Below are positions 1-12,800 of a DNA stretch of 64,000 nucleotides, piece by piece. The notes under the pieces are model-generated. The model had not been told where the DNA came from. It saw nothing but the letters and a program-made list of their open reading frames with translations, and did no database searches. Source of the stretch: Macrostomum lignano (lineage: Eukaryota). The stretch covers positions 62,001 to 126,000 of the forward strand of contig NIVC01001426.1 in the NCBI GenBank assembly GCA_002269645.1, given 5' to 3'. The translations under genes were made by a program, and so were the position numbers. Numbering within the stretch: the first letter of the stretch is position 1; every line of letters starts with the position of its first letter.

Positions 1-269
1 ACTCTCATCTTTGCTCTCTACCCCCACTCTCTTCTGTCATCTTTACTCTCCACTCTCCTGTGTACTCTTCTCTTTCCCCTCTACTGAATCCTCTCTTCTT
101 ACTCCTCTTCTCTTCCCTCTTCTATACTCTCTCCCCTCTATTCTCTTCTCTTGTCTCTTTGCACTCTGCCCTCTCTTCCTTCATCTCTCATCTCCACAAT
201 CTCATCTCTTTCCTCTCTTCTCTTCTTCCCTTTACTTTATCATCTCTCCTTTCTCCTCTCTTCTTTCTC

Positions 270-303
<34 letters not shown>

Positions 304-600
304 TCTTATCTCCTCTCTTCTCACTCCTCTCTCCCTCTCTCTCCCCTCCTATCTCCTCTCTATTCTCTATTCTCTTCTCACTCTTCTCTACTCTCCTCTC
401 TCATCGATCCTCTGTCTCATCTCTCCCCTCTTCTCTCTTCCTCTTCTCACCTCTACTCTTTCCTCTCCCTCCTGTCTCCCCTCCTCTCACTTCCTCCTCC
501 CATATTCTCTGCTCTCTCCTCGTCCTCACCCCACTCGTCTCTCCTGTTATCTTATATCTTTTCTCTTACCCCCCTCTCGCCCTTTCTCTCTTTCTAATAG
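1..600. repeat. Degenerate CT-rich microsatellite / low-complexity tract
   Basis: Nearly pure pyrimidine (CT)n-derived sequence; the S/L/P/F-rich ORFs over it are artefacts. Confidence 0.9.
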
Positions 601-1440
601 TCTATTCCTTTTCTTTTTCACTCTCATCTGGCCCGCAGCCATGTGCCCATGACTCCATGAGCTGGATTCTTTATCTGGCCTTTGAGTTAAAAATTTACCG
701 ATCCCTGCTTCGAAAGCCAGTTTGTGGGATGTAGTACTATCATGGTTATCATTTCTCATGCTTTAATCACGTCACCTTTCTGGCCAATTAGCAGCCCTGA
801 GAGGAATTTGTGTATCTCCAGCTCCACCACCACAGTCTGCACTCTGCAGCAGTCTAACAACCAAGGAAATGCGCATTTCTTAGGAGTCATTTAAATTTTA
901 AAGTTACCCTATGCGAAACTTTATGTTAAAAGCTTCATGGTGTAACTAATTTAGTAGGTTTGCATTGTAATAAGTTATTCATTAATTTTTCGCTATTTTT
1001 ACAAACCATCCCGCATCGCCTTGATTTGCCTGTTTGCCATTCACTGTTAAACTGCTGCAGACTTGTCTATACAGAGGACAGTGGATTGAATCTCTCGCTG
1101 AAACTGTCTCTCCTCTCCACGCCTCTCCACTCGCGGGGTGCAGAGAAGGCTATTAAAAGTTATTCCAAAACACTGTACGTTGCCATGTACATTCAGCCCT
1201 ATCGCCTGACCCTTCGTCTGGGCTGGGGCAATGAGTGAGTGAGTGGCACAAACAACAGAAAAAGCAGACAAACTTCACATGCTTACAGTTTCCGTCCTGA
1301 TTGAGATACAGAGTTGAAACTTTACATTTAGATAGAGAATGAGTCAATGAAGAATTGTGTCAAGTTTAAAGTCAATCGCTTTACGTGGAGCAAACTTATG
1401 GCAGCTGAAAGTTAGTCAATTTTGAAACCCTTTTACACAT

Positions 1441-1880
1441 CTGGGCCCAGATCGGTATCGGGAAAGAGAGGCAGGCGGGCGGAGGTTGGGGTGGTTGCTA
1501 CGCTGAAAAAAACAGCCTAACTTTAAAAGTGCACAGCGGCTTTCAGGATTAACTTTGAGATTTGAAATTTTACACGATTGTGACAAAATAGTTGAAAATT
1601 GCCTGTGTCAAATTTGAAGAGAAACGGTAGAAGTGGAGCGGCGCTATGGAGGATTAAGTGAAAAAATCGCGCATTTTGAGCAGTTTTTTGCACTTTTAGG
1701 TAGGAAGACTTGAGTCTAGGAAATTAAAAGGTAGCCTAAGACATTCTCCGTAGTAAGTTTAGGGTGGGTGTAAAGTTTGGTGTAATTTGGTTGAGCGGTT
1801 TGGGAGTCCATAGCGATCAAAATTGTCCACACACAGACAGACACACACACACACAGAGTTTTGATTTTTATAGGTAGAGA
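1441..1880 (-). mobile_element. Non-autonomous Helitron-like element, 5' portion (3' end not resolved)
   Basis: Minus strand starts A|TCTCTACCTATAAAAAT, followed by a (TG)n/(TCTG)n microsatellite and a CCGCTCAACCAAATT...AAACTTT motif. The Helitron-like element at 47776 has the same layout. Confidence 0.5.
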
Positions 1881-1881
1881 T

Positions 1882-2204
1882 TAAATCTTTCTTGATTGAA
1901 AGAACGATCACTGCAACAGCTCTCTGTTGCTGCTCTCAAAATTCGTTTTCTTGCTCCTAAGTGGCATCCTCTGCGAGAATTATGGAACCGTCGATGACTC
2001 CCCAGAGCTTCCTCGCTATAAGACAGAACTTGATCTGGATCTTCCAAGTAGTCCAGTTTTCGCTTCCCAGCTTGTCGACTTGAAACTTATCATTCGCCAT
2101 TTCTTTGGAAAGTTCGTGTCGAGAACAAGCCTATTTTCCATCTGAGCGAGGCTTCTGGATCAGCTACCACTTATGCGCAGTGGAAGCATGCTGGGCCCAT
2201 AACC
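1882..2204 (-). mobile_element. Ty1/copia relic: PBS plus decayed gag N-terminus
   Basis: Minus-strand GGTTATGGGCCCAG (2191-2204) is the copia-type PBS complementary to the initiator tRNA-Met anticodon arm. ATG at 2100 reads MANDKFQVDKLGSENWTTWKIQIKFCLIARKLWGVIDGS..., with two in-frame stops, resembling the copia Gag N-terminus. Confidence 0.75.
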
Positions 2205-4000
2205 TATTGGCTTTTCAAATGCAGTAGTGTAGCTGATCAAGTATATTTCTTATTCAACGAGCAAAAGGGGAAAGTTAAGAGAGGATGAAGCCAGAGGCTG
2301 ATTTAATAGCTTTAGTTTTAGGCATAGACAAACTTTTACAGTATTGTTCTAGAAAGTTCTAAGACTTGGGGAATCTAATAAGAGTTACTATAATTAGCAT
2401 AGATACAATTTATATTACTTTTCAACAATAATTATATAAATTATGCTAAACAATCCTTTGTTATAGTAAAGTTAATTTAAAAATTATAATAATAAATTAG
2501 ATTTTCAAAAATTATACTAAAATTTTCTATAGGTACTAGCAAAAATATACCTAAATAAATAATGTACAAAGCTATTTTGTTTTATTTTACTAACTATTTT
2601 TTGTTTTTTAAATGAGATATAAGTTTTGTTTCCTTTTAGAAATTATTTTCTACATCTACTAATATAAATGACTCATTGACTATTGTTTCTATTTAAGTAC
2701 ATTTTCTAATACCATTCCCTATCCCTTTTTGATAAAAAATATTAAAAACAACTGCAAAACAAACTAGAAGATTGCTATAAGAAATAGCCAAGACAGTTTT
2801 TGTACAAAACTTGCATATTTGTATGCAAATTTTTGGCAAACTTATGCAATTCTCTTGTGCAAGGCCTTTACTAATTTTTTATTCAATGAAATCCTTGAAG
2901 CGATGGAAGAGTTTGCTCTTGAACATTCCAGATTGCAATGGGAAATTGCAGTTGTTGCTTAGTGTCACACAGTTGTCCCTTATGGTAATGTTGCACATTG
3001 TGATAGAAAAGCCACCTTGGCAGCCTTAGAAAGACTGCTTGTGTGCTCCATGATGATTCTTGTGTGTCTGTTGTGCATTAGCCTTGATGCCACATATGGC
3101 CTCCTATATGCTATAGCATGCGCCATCTTCACCATGATTGTGCTAGTTCAGCTGTCTGATTACATGACCATCTTGAATGACTCAAGCAGAGCAGGCAGAA
3201 ACAAACCTGGTGCTTCTTTCACTGCCAAAAAACTAATCAATTCGTTGGGCAGGCTTACTCTCAAATGTATAATAATAACCTTGACAGGTAGCTCAAAATT
3301 ATAAATATACAATCTGGTGGCATATCAATTCTTTGCTTGGTTGGATGCTAATGCCGACAATTAAATGTTGACTGTGTTTTCCCAGCAGCTCTACTTCTAG
3401 TCTAGCAGACTAAATACACTGCCCCTAATTATTGATTTAGTCTTGACTGAACAATCAGTCAAACAAAAAAACAAGTCAAAAGTTCTGTTGCATATATTAA
3501 CTGTATTATCTTCCATCTTTTTTATATACTCATTAGAAATTAGAATGCTCTCTACTGCTTTACTTTGTCAAAATGACCTGTCACAAAAGCATTCACTTTT
3601 CACCAAAATGTCTGTCACCTAGAATTATTTTATTAGTGTTGTAATGTATGTGTCATCTTTGTATGCTTGCCATTTGTGTTGTAAGTGTATAAGTTATGCC
3701 TATCCATTTGAACAAATTTAAAAAAAAAAAAAAATCAAGACTAGGTGTATTGCACCTATAGTAATCAGAAGTATTTTTTCGAGTATATATATATATTCTT
3801 TGTCACTAATGTAAATTTAGAGTTGACTAAAATATTAGGGTTGTTCTAAACTACTAATTAGATGACGATGTGTTTCATAATTATAAAGTCGTCATAGTTA
3901 CTCTCGCTGTTTACCAAAATATCTCATTTTTCAGACAACCATATCGAAATCGTCCCAGCCGCGGCTGGCCAACGACGGTGACGTCACCACCGACTGCGAT

Positions 4001-7000
4001 ATGGAAATCGACGCCGGCGACAGTAGGAACTTTAACGACGAAGATTTCGAACGCAACAATGTGGAAGACGACGCTGAACAAGAAGAAGAAGAAGACGGCC
4101 AAGAAGAAGATGATGAAGAAGAGCAGCCGCCTCCGGAGCTTCTGCCCGAACTGTTAGAATGGGAATCGGCCGCCAAGGAGGTCTTCAGTAATCGGCGCTT
4201 GCCCGCCAGCGTTTGGCCAGCTTTTCTAGTTGGCCGACTTGCTGTCACGGTGAACCAGCTGCCGCAGTATGTGGCGGTGCACTACGCTTGGCGAGTGCAG
4301 AGGCAGCTGGCACCGCTGGCTGAGGACAACCCGGCTGGGCATCTGGCCGATCTGATTCTCATTGAATTGCGGCTTAGCAATATGTCTGTTGCTGCCGACT
4401 GCTATCTGATGTCATTTAGTGTGAGTTCTTGTACCCCCCCCCCAGCTCAACGGTGTGCAACCCCTGGTTCGATGCCTCGCGATTGGAAAGTCAGGGCCGC
4501 TTTACACCCTGTGTGAATGTGTATAACAAGGACGACAAATTTTTGAAGGCAAGTCGTTCCTAAAAAAATACACTACGGAGATAGGAAGTTTTCATTTTCT
4601 TCAGCAAAAAATTGTTATCAAAAAATGTGAAAGCAATAACAATCGATTTTATCATTCTCAGCTGACTGTAAAACAATATGGTGCAACCGAGATGATAAAA
4701 TAGATTCATAAAACCAGAGTCGAACTGTGCCATGTATTTTTATAAAATTTTTAGGTACAAGAAATGTACGTGAAATAAAAAATTAACATTAGAATCCTAA
4801 CTTTCGGAACAAAAAGCTTTATGAATATCAATAGAGCAATAAGAAATGCACAACATATCAAAAGATAAAAATTGTTATTGCTTTCGATAGGAAGCAGATC
4901 CAGTGTTCGTGTTGAAAAAATGAACACTTCCTATCTCCATAATAGTGTATTTTTTTGGAAATACCTGCCTTCAAAAAATTTCTAAGAAATAATGTATCCC
5001 GTCCTACTACTTAAGTCGTCCTTAGTGTTAGGCTCCCGTTAATTCTTTCTAATTTTTAAATCCTCTTTGAAAACGCTATCGTGACAAAAATCGATAAAAG
5101 AGTAATTGCAAACAGCATTGCAAACATTGATTTACACTGGCCATGCGACTTACCTATGAAATAAACCCTTAGCAATTAACGCAATTATGGGTAAAAGGCA
5201 GGAGTAACTTTAACTGTTTTATTAAGGCTGAATGCCTCGTCATCTAATTAGTACTACGTCTGTATTCTTTTGGGTGGGCATTTTTGCGACTTTCACTTAC
5301 CCCTGGTCGACCACAATTTATGGTGGCGGGATCGGCCAGGTCAGTCAGCAGTTGCGCATGTATGCCTCTGTTATATTGTGAAGCCGCTAGTCCACTCTGT
5401 TAACTAATCAAGTCCTTCCAACATTTCCACAGGCCGTGTCAATCAAGCAGCACTTGGCCACTCGCCCCCTGTCGCTGTGCCTTAGCGCCTGCGCTGTACT
5501 CCGCGCCGGCTACATTCTGGGCGGCGGAGGCCTGCTCCGCGGCTGCTCAGACTCCGAGATGGCTACCAAACGATTAGAAGAAGCCATCCATTTGGCTGCC
5601 GCCCTGTCAGGCTCCGTGTCATCTGCGCTGTCATCGGCTCTGGCTATGTTGACAGGCAAACGGTCAAGCCCTGGCGGCCAACCTGCTACAGACAGTCCGT
5701 TGAACGCGCTGCGCTATCTCGAGTCTGACTGCGTGCCGCTGCTACGTCGGGCGGCTCTCCGACAGATCTGCCCAGCCGAGCTGGTTGGCGAGTCCGGCTA
5801 CGCCGATCTGACCAATGCTGGCGGTTTGAGCACTCTGATGAAAGTTGGATCGGCTGAGCACACGGCTAATCATGCCGATTGTTCAACAGCAACTGGTCGC
5901 GCTAGAGGCACTTCAATTGGCACTGGCAACTGCGGCGGTGCGGAGTCCTGGGGTCAACTGGTCAGCCTGGGTGATTATCAGCTTCGAGTGCTGCGCGAAA
6001 TCGGCCGAGGTGGCTTCGGTACGGTCAGCCTGGTGGCCTCCACTAAAGGAGAGTTCTTCGCGCTCAAGGATACTAGATTGGAAGGCGAGGGATCGATTGA
6101 GGAGCAGAAAGAGTTAAAGTATTTGCAGCTGTTGAAGGATTCTGGAAAGGTGAGACTGGCGTTTTGTTGGCTAAGCTGAAGAGAGGGTGTAGCGGAAGTC
6201 CCTGAAGTATTGGAGAGTGTAGCGGCATTCCCTGAAGTATTGGAGGGTGTAGCGGCATTCCCTGAAGTATTGGAGAGTTTAGCAGCGTTCAAATCCAAAG
6301 GGGTCCAGATCGGCATTCCCTGAGGCATCGGGGGTCCAGATCGGCATTCCCTGAGGCATCGGGGGTCCATATCGGCATTCCCTGAAGTATCTGAGAGGTG
6401 AAAATCGGCATTCCCTGAAGAATCTGAGAGTGTGAAAATCGGCATTCCCTGAAGAATCTGAGAGTGTGAAAATCGGCATTCCCTGAAGTATCTGAGAGTG
6501 TGAAAATCGGCATTCCCTGAAGAACCTGAGAGTGTGAAAATCGGCATTCCCTGAAGAACCTGAGAGTGTGAAAATCGGCATTCCCTGAAGAATCTGAGAG
6601 TGTGAAAATCGGCATTCCCTGAAGAATCTGAGAGTGTGAAAATCGGCATTCCCTGAAGAATCTGAGAGTGTGAAAATCGGCATTCCCTGAAGAATCTGGC
6701 AGTGTGAAAATCGGCATTCCCTGAAGAATCTGAGAGTGTGAAAATCGGCATTCCCTGAAGAATCTGGCAGTGTGAAAATCGGCATTCCCTGAGGCATCGG
6801 GGGTCCAGATCGGCATTCCCTGAGGCATCGGGGGTCCATATCGGCATTCCCTGAAGAACCTGAGAGTGTGAAAATCGGCATTCCCTGAAGAATCTGAGAG
6901 TGTGAAAATCGGCATTCCCTGAAGAATCTGAGAGTGTGAAAATCGGCATTCCCTGAAGAATCAGGGACTGTGAAAATCGGCATTTCCTGAAGAATCAGGG

Positions 7001-7974
7001 ACTGTGAAAATCGGCATTCCCTGAAGAATCTGAAAGTGTGAAAATCGGCATTCCCTGAAGAATCTGAGAGTGTGAAAATCGGCATTCCCTGAAGAATCTG
7101 AGAGTGTGAAAATCGGCATTCCCTGAAGAATCTGGCAGTGTGAAAATCGGCATTCCCTGAAGAATCTGAAAGTGTGAAAATCGGCATTCCCTGAAGAATC
7201 TGAGAGTGTGAAAATCGGCATTCCCTGAAGAATCTGAAAGTGTGAAAATCGGCATTCCCTGAAGAATCTGAGATTGTGAAAATCGGCATTCCCTGAAGAA
7301 CCGGTACCACCGCCGCCCACCCGCAGGTAGTGAAGCTATTCGCTCACGAAATTCGCAACAACCGTCTCCTACTACTAATAGAATATGGCGACTGCGATTT
7401 CGCTAAATTTCTGTCGGCAAATCCCGGCCTGCCGCTAAGCGGGGTGGCGTTTTACTGGGAACAAATGCTGCTTTGCGTGCAAGCCATGCACTCTGTCGGC
7501 TGCGTACACATGGACTTAAAGCCGGCTAATTTTGTCCTGTGCCGGGGCCTACCTAAGCTGATCGATCTGGGTGCCGCTCACGTGCTTGACCAATCGGTTA
7601 CTAGCGACATGCTGAAAAATGAAGTACACGCCACATTAGGTTTCATGGCTCCGGAGACTATTGTGTGGAGTCCAGATGAGAAGCCGATTTTTTCTCGCAA
7701 ATCCGACGTGTGGTCGCTTGGCTGCATCCTGTACCTGATGCTGTGGGGCAGCACTCCGTTTGCTCATCTCAAAGATTTCCCGTCGCTTGCCTATCAGTTG
7801 AGACACGGCCGGGACCCGGTGCCGCTGCCTGATTGGCTGCCCAGGCACCGGTCGGACACAGGGTTCGCCTTGTCTACCGCTTTAGCAGCCTGTCTGACTG
7901 GCTGTTTGATTCGCGATCGACCAGCCAGATTTGGCGTTAAACAATTGCTCACTGAATTGAGAAACAAGTCCTGA
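4001..7974 (+). CDS. TTK-like: Divergent Mps1/TTK-family protein kinase, about 594 aa, 3 coding exons
   Basis: Exons 4001-4420 (frame open from an acceptor at 3935), 5433-6149 and 7327-7974; GT-AG introns, both phase 0. Motifs: GRGGFGTV, ALK, alphaC Glu, HMDLKPANF, DLG, MAPE, SRKSDVWSLGCILYLMLWGSTPF. HxDLKPANF and KSDVWSLGCILY..xxG.TPF are typical of Mps1/TTK. Confidence 0.8.
4528..5023. mobile_element. MITE-like inverted-repeat element in kinase intron 1
   Basis: Terminal AAGGACGAC/GTCGTCCTT and subterminal AAATTTTTGAAGGCA/TGCCTTCAAAAAATTT inverted repeats; related sequence at about 33480-34130. Confidence 0.6.
5140..5364. mobile_element. Partial copy of the CATACATG-TIR MITE found at 40355-40652
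   Basis: Aligns by eye with 40435-40652, including the right terminus GTTGCGCATGTATG. Confidence 0.7.
6185..7300. repeat. 34-bp minisatellite (30-bp variants at the 5' end) filling kinase intron 2
   Basis: Unit GAAAATCGGCATTCCCTGAAGAATCTGAGAGTGT; core CGGCATTCCCTGA shared by all variants. Confidence 0.95.
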
Positions 7975-9254
7975 CTTTATGTGTGTTTAAATATGCTTGA
8001 TTGACCTTTCTTGTTCTGTATATTAGCGTCTTGCTTCAGTATGTTTTTCGTTTCTGTGAAGTCTTCAGATAACCAGGTTGTTTAGGTTGTACTATATCGG
8101 TTATTAAAGCGTATATTTGATGTGGTGTTCCTGACCGGTTAATCAGGGTTTTGAGCTGGTGCACCTTACCTTGTCTTTACCACAGATACTGGCATAACTA
8201 AATGGGCCACTCAGCACATTTGCGTGTAAACTACTTTCAGTTCAGTAGCAAGTTAAACTGAAGCATTTTTATGTATTTTTAAGCCAAGGTTCATTTATTG
8301 CCTCTTTCCAACCGCGCCTTTCCACACTACCACCCAATTTTTATTGCCTTTCTCGGAATTCCAGCCTAAAGCTGCAATGTACATTTCAGTGGACTGGCTA
8401 ATGTACATTATTGTTGAACCAAGGCTTCTAAACTTATCAAAGTCATTTCAGCTATCTGTAGTTTTATAAAATAGCTTCTGTATTCTTCTTTGCTACTGAA
8501 CTGAAAGTAGAAAGCTGTTTTGCTAAGTATAAATGCCTATGCCTATTTATTTTAGTATCTGTGGTCTTCACCTAACCTGCGTGTAAAAATGACCTGTTCA
8601 TTAATGCAACATTTTTTTCGTATCAGATTTGCTTTATAAATTGTTCAATTCACGTAATTGTATGACTACTTATAGTAATAATATATTAATAAATTTGTTG
8701 CTTAAAATATCCATGGACCTTTCAGTTTTGCGTTTAAAGTCAAAAAATTTTAAGTAAGCATTTTTCTGGAGAAGCATTTTCTATCTGTACTTTATAATTT
8801 GTTATTTTGTTGCTATCTTTACTTATTCTTTCATAAGGCGATATGTTTCTTGGAGTTAATTTATTTGAAAGTCGTAATAGCTCATTTTCCATGAAAAAGT
8901 TTTATAATGTTGCATATTCATTAGATTCCAATGATAATCACTTCCTTACCTGTTCATTGAATAACAAAGTAATTTTTGGATCGGCAATTACATTATACAC
9001 ACCTAGGCATTACTAACTCTGCTTATCTATAATATTGGTGCATCTGAGCGACAGTCTTAAAGATTGTTTGGTGCTGATTTCGCAAAGTTGTTGCATCTCA
9101 AATAAATTTACTGTTTCGTTTATATTTCTTTCTTTTAAAAAGGCTTAATTTGTTTATATTCTTACTGCTATTGGTTATTTTTGTGTTGATTATAGGATAT
9201 TTTTTAATTGAATGGTATTCAGTAATTATGTTTTTTTTACAATGACGCGACCAA

Positions 9255-9650
9255 TCTATCATTAATCTGACCAATCTATACAATGATCAGACCAATCTAT
9301 ACAATGATCAGAACAATCTATACAATGATCAGACCAATCTATACAATGATCAAGCCACTCTATACAATGATCAGAACAATCTATACAATGATCAAGCCAC
9401 TCTATACAATGATCAAAACAATCTATACAATGATCAGACCAATCTATACAATGATCAGAACAATCTATACAATGATCAGACCAATCTATACAATGATCAA
9501 GCCACTCTATACAATGATCAAAACAATCTATACAATGATCAGACCAATCTAAAATTAATGATCCGATCAGTCAATAGAATGATCAGGCCAATCTTAAAAA
9601 TGATTAGGCCAATCTTAAAAATGATCTGACCAATCTATACAGCTGGTGAT
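9255..9650. repeat. 21-bp intergenic minisatellite
   Basis: Unit GACCAATCTATACAATGATCA. Confidence 0.9.
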
Positions 9651-9807
9651 CTATCTATAAGTAAGTACAGTATAGATATAAATTGACATGATTCTCTTAA
9701 TTTGACACTAACATTTTATGCTGACAAGTCGAATATATCAACTACTGTCAAGCGGCCGTACTAGCAGACCACTCGCTAATTGTCACCGGCTATCGCTATC
9801 ATATAGA

Positions 9808-12800
9808 AGTGAGTGTAATTCTGCTTGCAATACACGATTCTAGAAGCTATATTGCTATTTTTAGTTTATTTTCAAAGTTAGGGGATCTTTAATTAAAAGG
9901 AAAAATTGGCATTAAATTGGTAAAGCAGGTTTACAATGAAATTAACAAATTTAAAAAGGCAAATAATTGTCTACCGATATGTAGTGTAAACTATATTGTA
10001 GAGCTAATTTTATTAGTGTCTAAAGATGTGAAAATTTCACATTGAAAAATGTTATCTTGGTTGATGCAAAAAGTTCGAGTCTATGAAACCCACCGATATG
10101 TAGTGTAATAAACTTTATTAATTAATCTAACCCGATTCTTTCACCCAGTGTCGCTGGATCCTAACAACCCAACCAGTCGGCGTCAGCGCGACGCCAAGAA
10201 GAAAGGCGTTCCTGGAGGATCAAAAGCAGATCGGAAGCAGCGGAAGCAACAGCAGCAGGCCGCCGGCAGTTGCTGGGTGGATGCTTGGACCGAGCAGCCG
10301 GCCGCCAGTGGCTCGCGTCATCCCAGCCACCTTCGCGGCCGTGACATCGGCCTATTTTACGCCAATCGTCAACGCGAGAAACGTCAGTTTGAGGATATTT
10401 TTCATGCGCCAGAATTGATTCAACTGAGCGATTCAACCGCTGTCCGATTGCAACAGTTGCTAGGCGTTGCTACAGACGCTGGTGTTGCTAGCGGCGGCGT
10501 TAGCGGAGATACCGGTTTGTCTGCGATGTCGGTTGACGAAGCTGTCGCTTGTCGTTCAGCGAATTACAAAGCTTTGAAACCGAATGCCCAACTGGATGCC
10601 AAGCTGATGAAGGAGCTGCAGCTGATGGAGAAGCGAATTTCGCCTGCGATTGCCGAATGCAGGCAGCGGCTGCCCGTGTGGCAGGCCAGGGAACGGCTGG
10701 TTGCCGCCGTGAACCGCTGCGATCAGGTGAGGGGGGGCTGTGCGATTCTTATTGGGGCCTTCTGTGTTTTATGTGCTGCCTGTCTGTGTTTTGTGTGCTG
10801 CCTGTCTGTGTTTTATGTGTTGTCTGTCTGTGTTTTATGTGCTGCCTGTCTGTGTTTTATGTGTTGTCTGTCTGTGTTTTATGTGCTGCCTGTCTGTGTT
10901 TTATGTGTTGTCTGTCTGTGTTTTATGTGCTGCCTGTCTGTGTTTTGCGTGCTGTCTGTGTTTTATGTGCTGCCTGTCTGTGTTTTATGTGCTGCCTGTC
11001 TGTGTTTTGTGTGCTGTCTGTGTTTTATGTGCTGCCTGTCTGTGTTTCATGTGCTGCCTGTCTGTCTATATAAGCGAGATACGACAAGTGTAGCTCCAAT
11101 ATCTTGGTAGTTTTTCAACACAACTTTCTGCGAATTGCCAGGTGCTGGTTATGTCCGGCCCGACTGGATCCGGGAAGTCCACCCAGATGTCGCAGCTGCT
11201 GATTGACTCAGCCATTGCAACTGGTCATGGCTCCACGGCTCGAGTCGTGGTCACCCAGCCAAGGCGCCTGGCGGCCACCGCGCTAGCTGAACGAGTAGCT
11301 GAGGAGCGGGGCGAGTGGCTTGGAGTGTCTGTTGGATACCAGGTTCGGGACTGCTGTAGCGTATATCAGCTCCAGAACCTCAGCTGCTGGGCCAGCCTCC
11401 CAGATGCTCAGTTGCTGGGCCACCAGCCTCCCAGATCATCAGTTGCTGGGCCAGCCTCCCAGATGCTCAGTTGCTGGGCCACCAGCCTCCCAGATCATCA
11501 GTTGCTGGGCCAGCCTCCCAGATCCTCAGTTGGTGGGCCAGCCTCCCAGATCCTCAGATGCTGGGCCAGCCTCCCAGATCCTCAGTTGCTGGGCCAGCCT
11601 CCCAGATCCTTAGTTGCTGGGCCAGCCTTCCAGATCCTCAGTTGCTGGGCCAGCCTCCCAGATCCTCAGTTGGTGGGCCAGCCTCCCAGATCCTTAGTTG
11701 CTGGGCCAGCCTTCCAGATCCTCAGTTGCTGGGCCAGCCTCCCAGATCCTCAGTTGGTGGGCCAGCCTCCCAGATCCTCAGTTGCTGGGCCAGCCTCCCA
11801 GATCCTCAGTCGCTAGGCCAGCCTCCCAGATCCTTAGTTGCTGGGCCAGCCTCCCAGATCCTCAGTTGGTGGGCCAGCCTCCCAGATCCTCAGTCGCTGG
11901 GCCAGCCTCCCAGATACTCAGTCGCTGGGCCAGCCTCCCAGATCCTTAGTTGCTGGGCCAGCCTCCCAGATCCTCAGTTGCTGGGCCAGCCTCCCAGATC
12001 CTCAGTTGCTGGGCCAGCCTCCCAGATCCTCAGTCGCTAGGCCAGCCTCCCAGATCCTTAGTTGCTGGGCCAGCCTCCCAGATCCTCAGTTGGTGGGCCA
12101 GCCTCCCAGATCCTCAGTTGCTGGGCCAGCCTCCCAGATCCTCAGTCGCTAGGCCAGCCTCCCAGATCCTTAGTTGCTGGGCCAGCCTCCCAGATCCTCA
12201 GTTGGTGGGCCAGCCTCCCAGATCCTCAGATGCTGGGCCAGCCTCCCAGATCCTCAGTCGCTGGGCCAGCCTCCCAGATCCTTAGTTGGTGGGTCAGCCT
12301 CCCAGATCCTCAGATGCTGGGCCAGCCTCCCAGATCCTCAGTCGCTGGGCCAGCCTCCCAGATCCTTAGTTGCTGGGCCAGCCTCCCAGATCCTTAGTTG
12401 CTGGGCCAGCCTCCCAGATCCTCAGATGCTGGGCCAGCCTCCCAGATCCTCAGATGCTGGGCCAGCCTCCCAGATCCTTAGTTGCTGGGCCAGCCTTCCA
12501 GATCCTTAGTTGCTGGGCCAGCCTCCCAGATCCTCAGATGCTGGGCCAGCCTCCCAGAGTGTCAGTTGCTGGGCCAGCCTCCCAGATCCTCAGATGCTGG
12601 GCAAGCCTCCCAGATCCTTAGTTGCTGGGCCAGCCTCCCGGATCCTCAGTTGCTGGGCCAGCCTCCCAGATCCTCAGATGCTGGGCCAGCCTCCCAGATC
12701 CTCAGTTGCTGGGCCAGCCTCCCAGATCCTCAGATGCTGGGCCAGCCTCCCAGATCCTCAGATGCTGGGCCAGCCTCCCAGATCCTCAGATGCTGGGCCA

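Noticed and set aside
2800-3400. Decayed transposase-like sequence (FPIAIWNVQEQTL on the minus strand)
   Set aside because: One MULE-like phrase amid many stops; not enough to call without a profile search.
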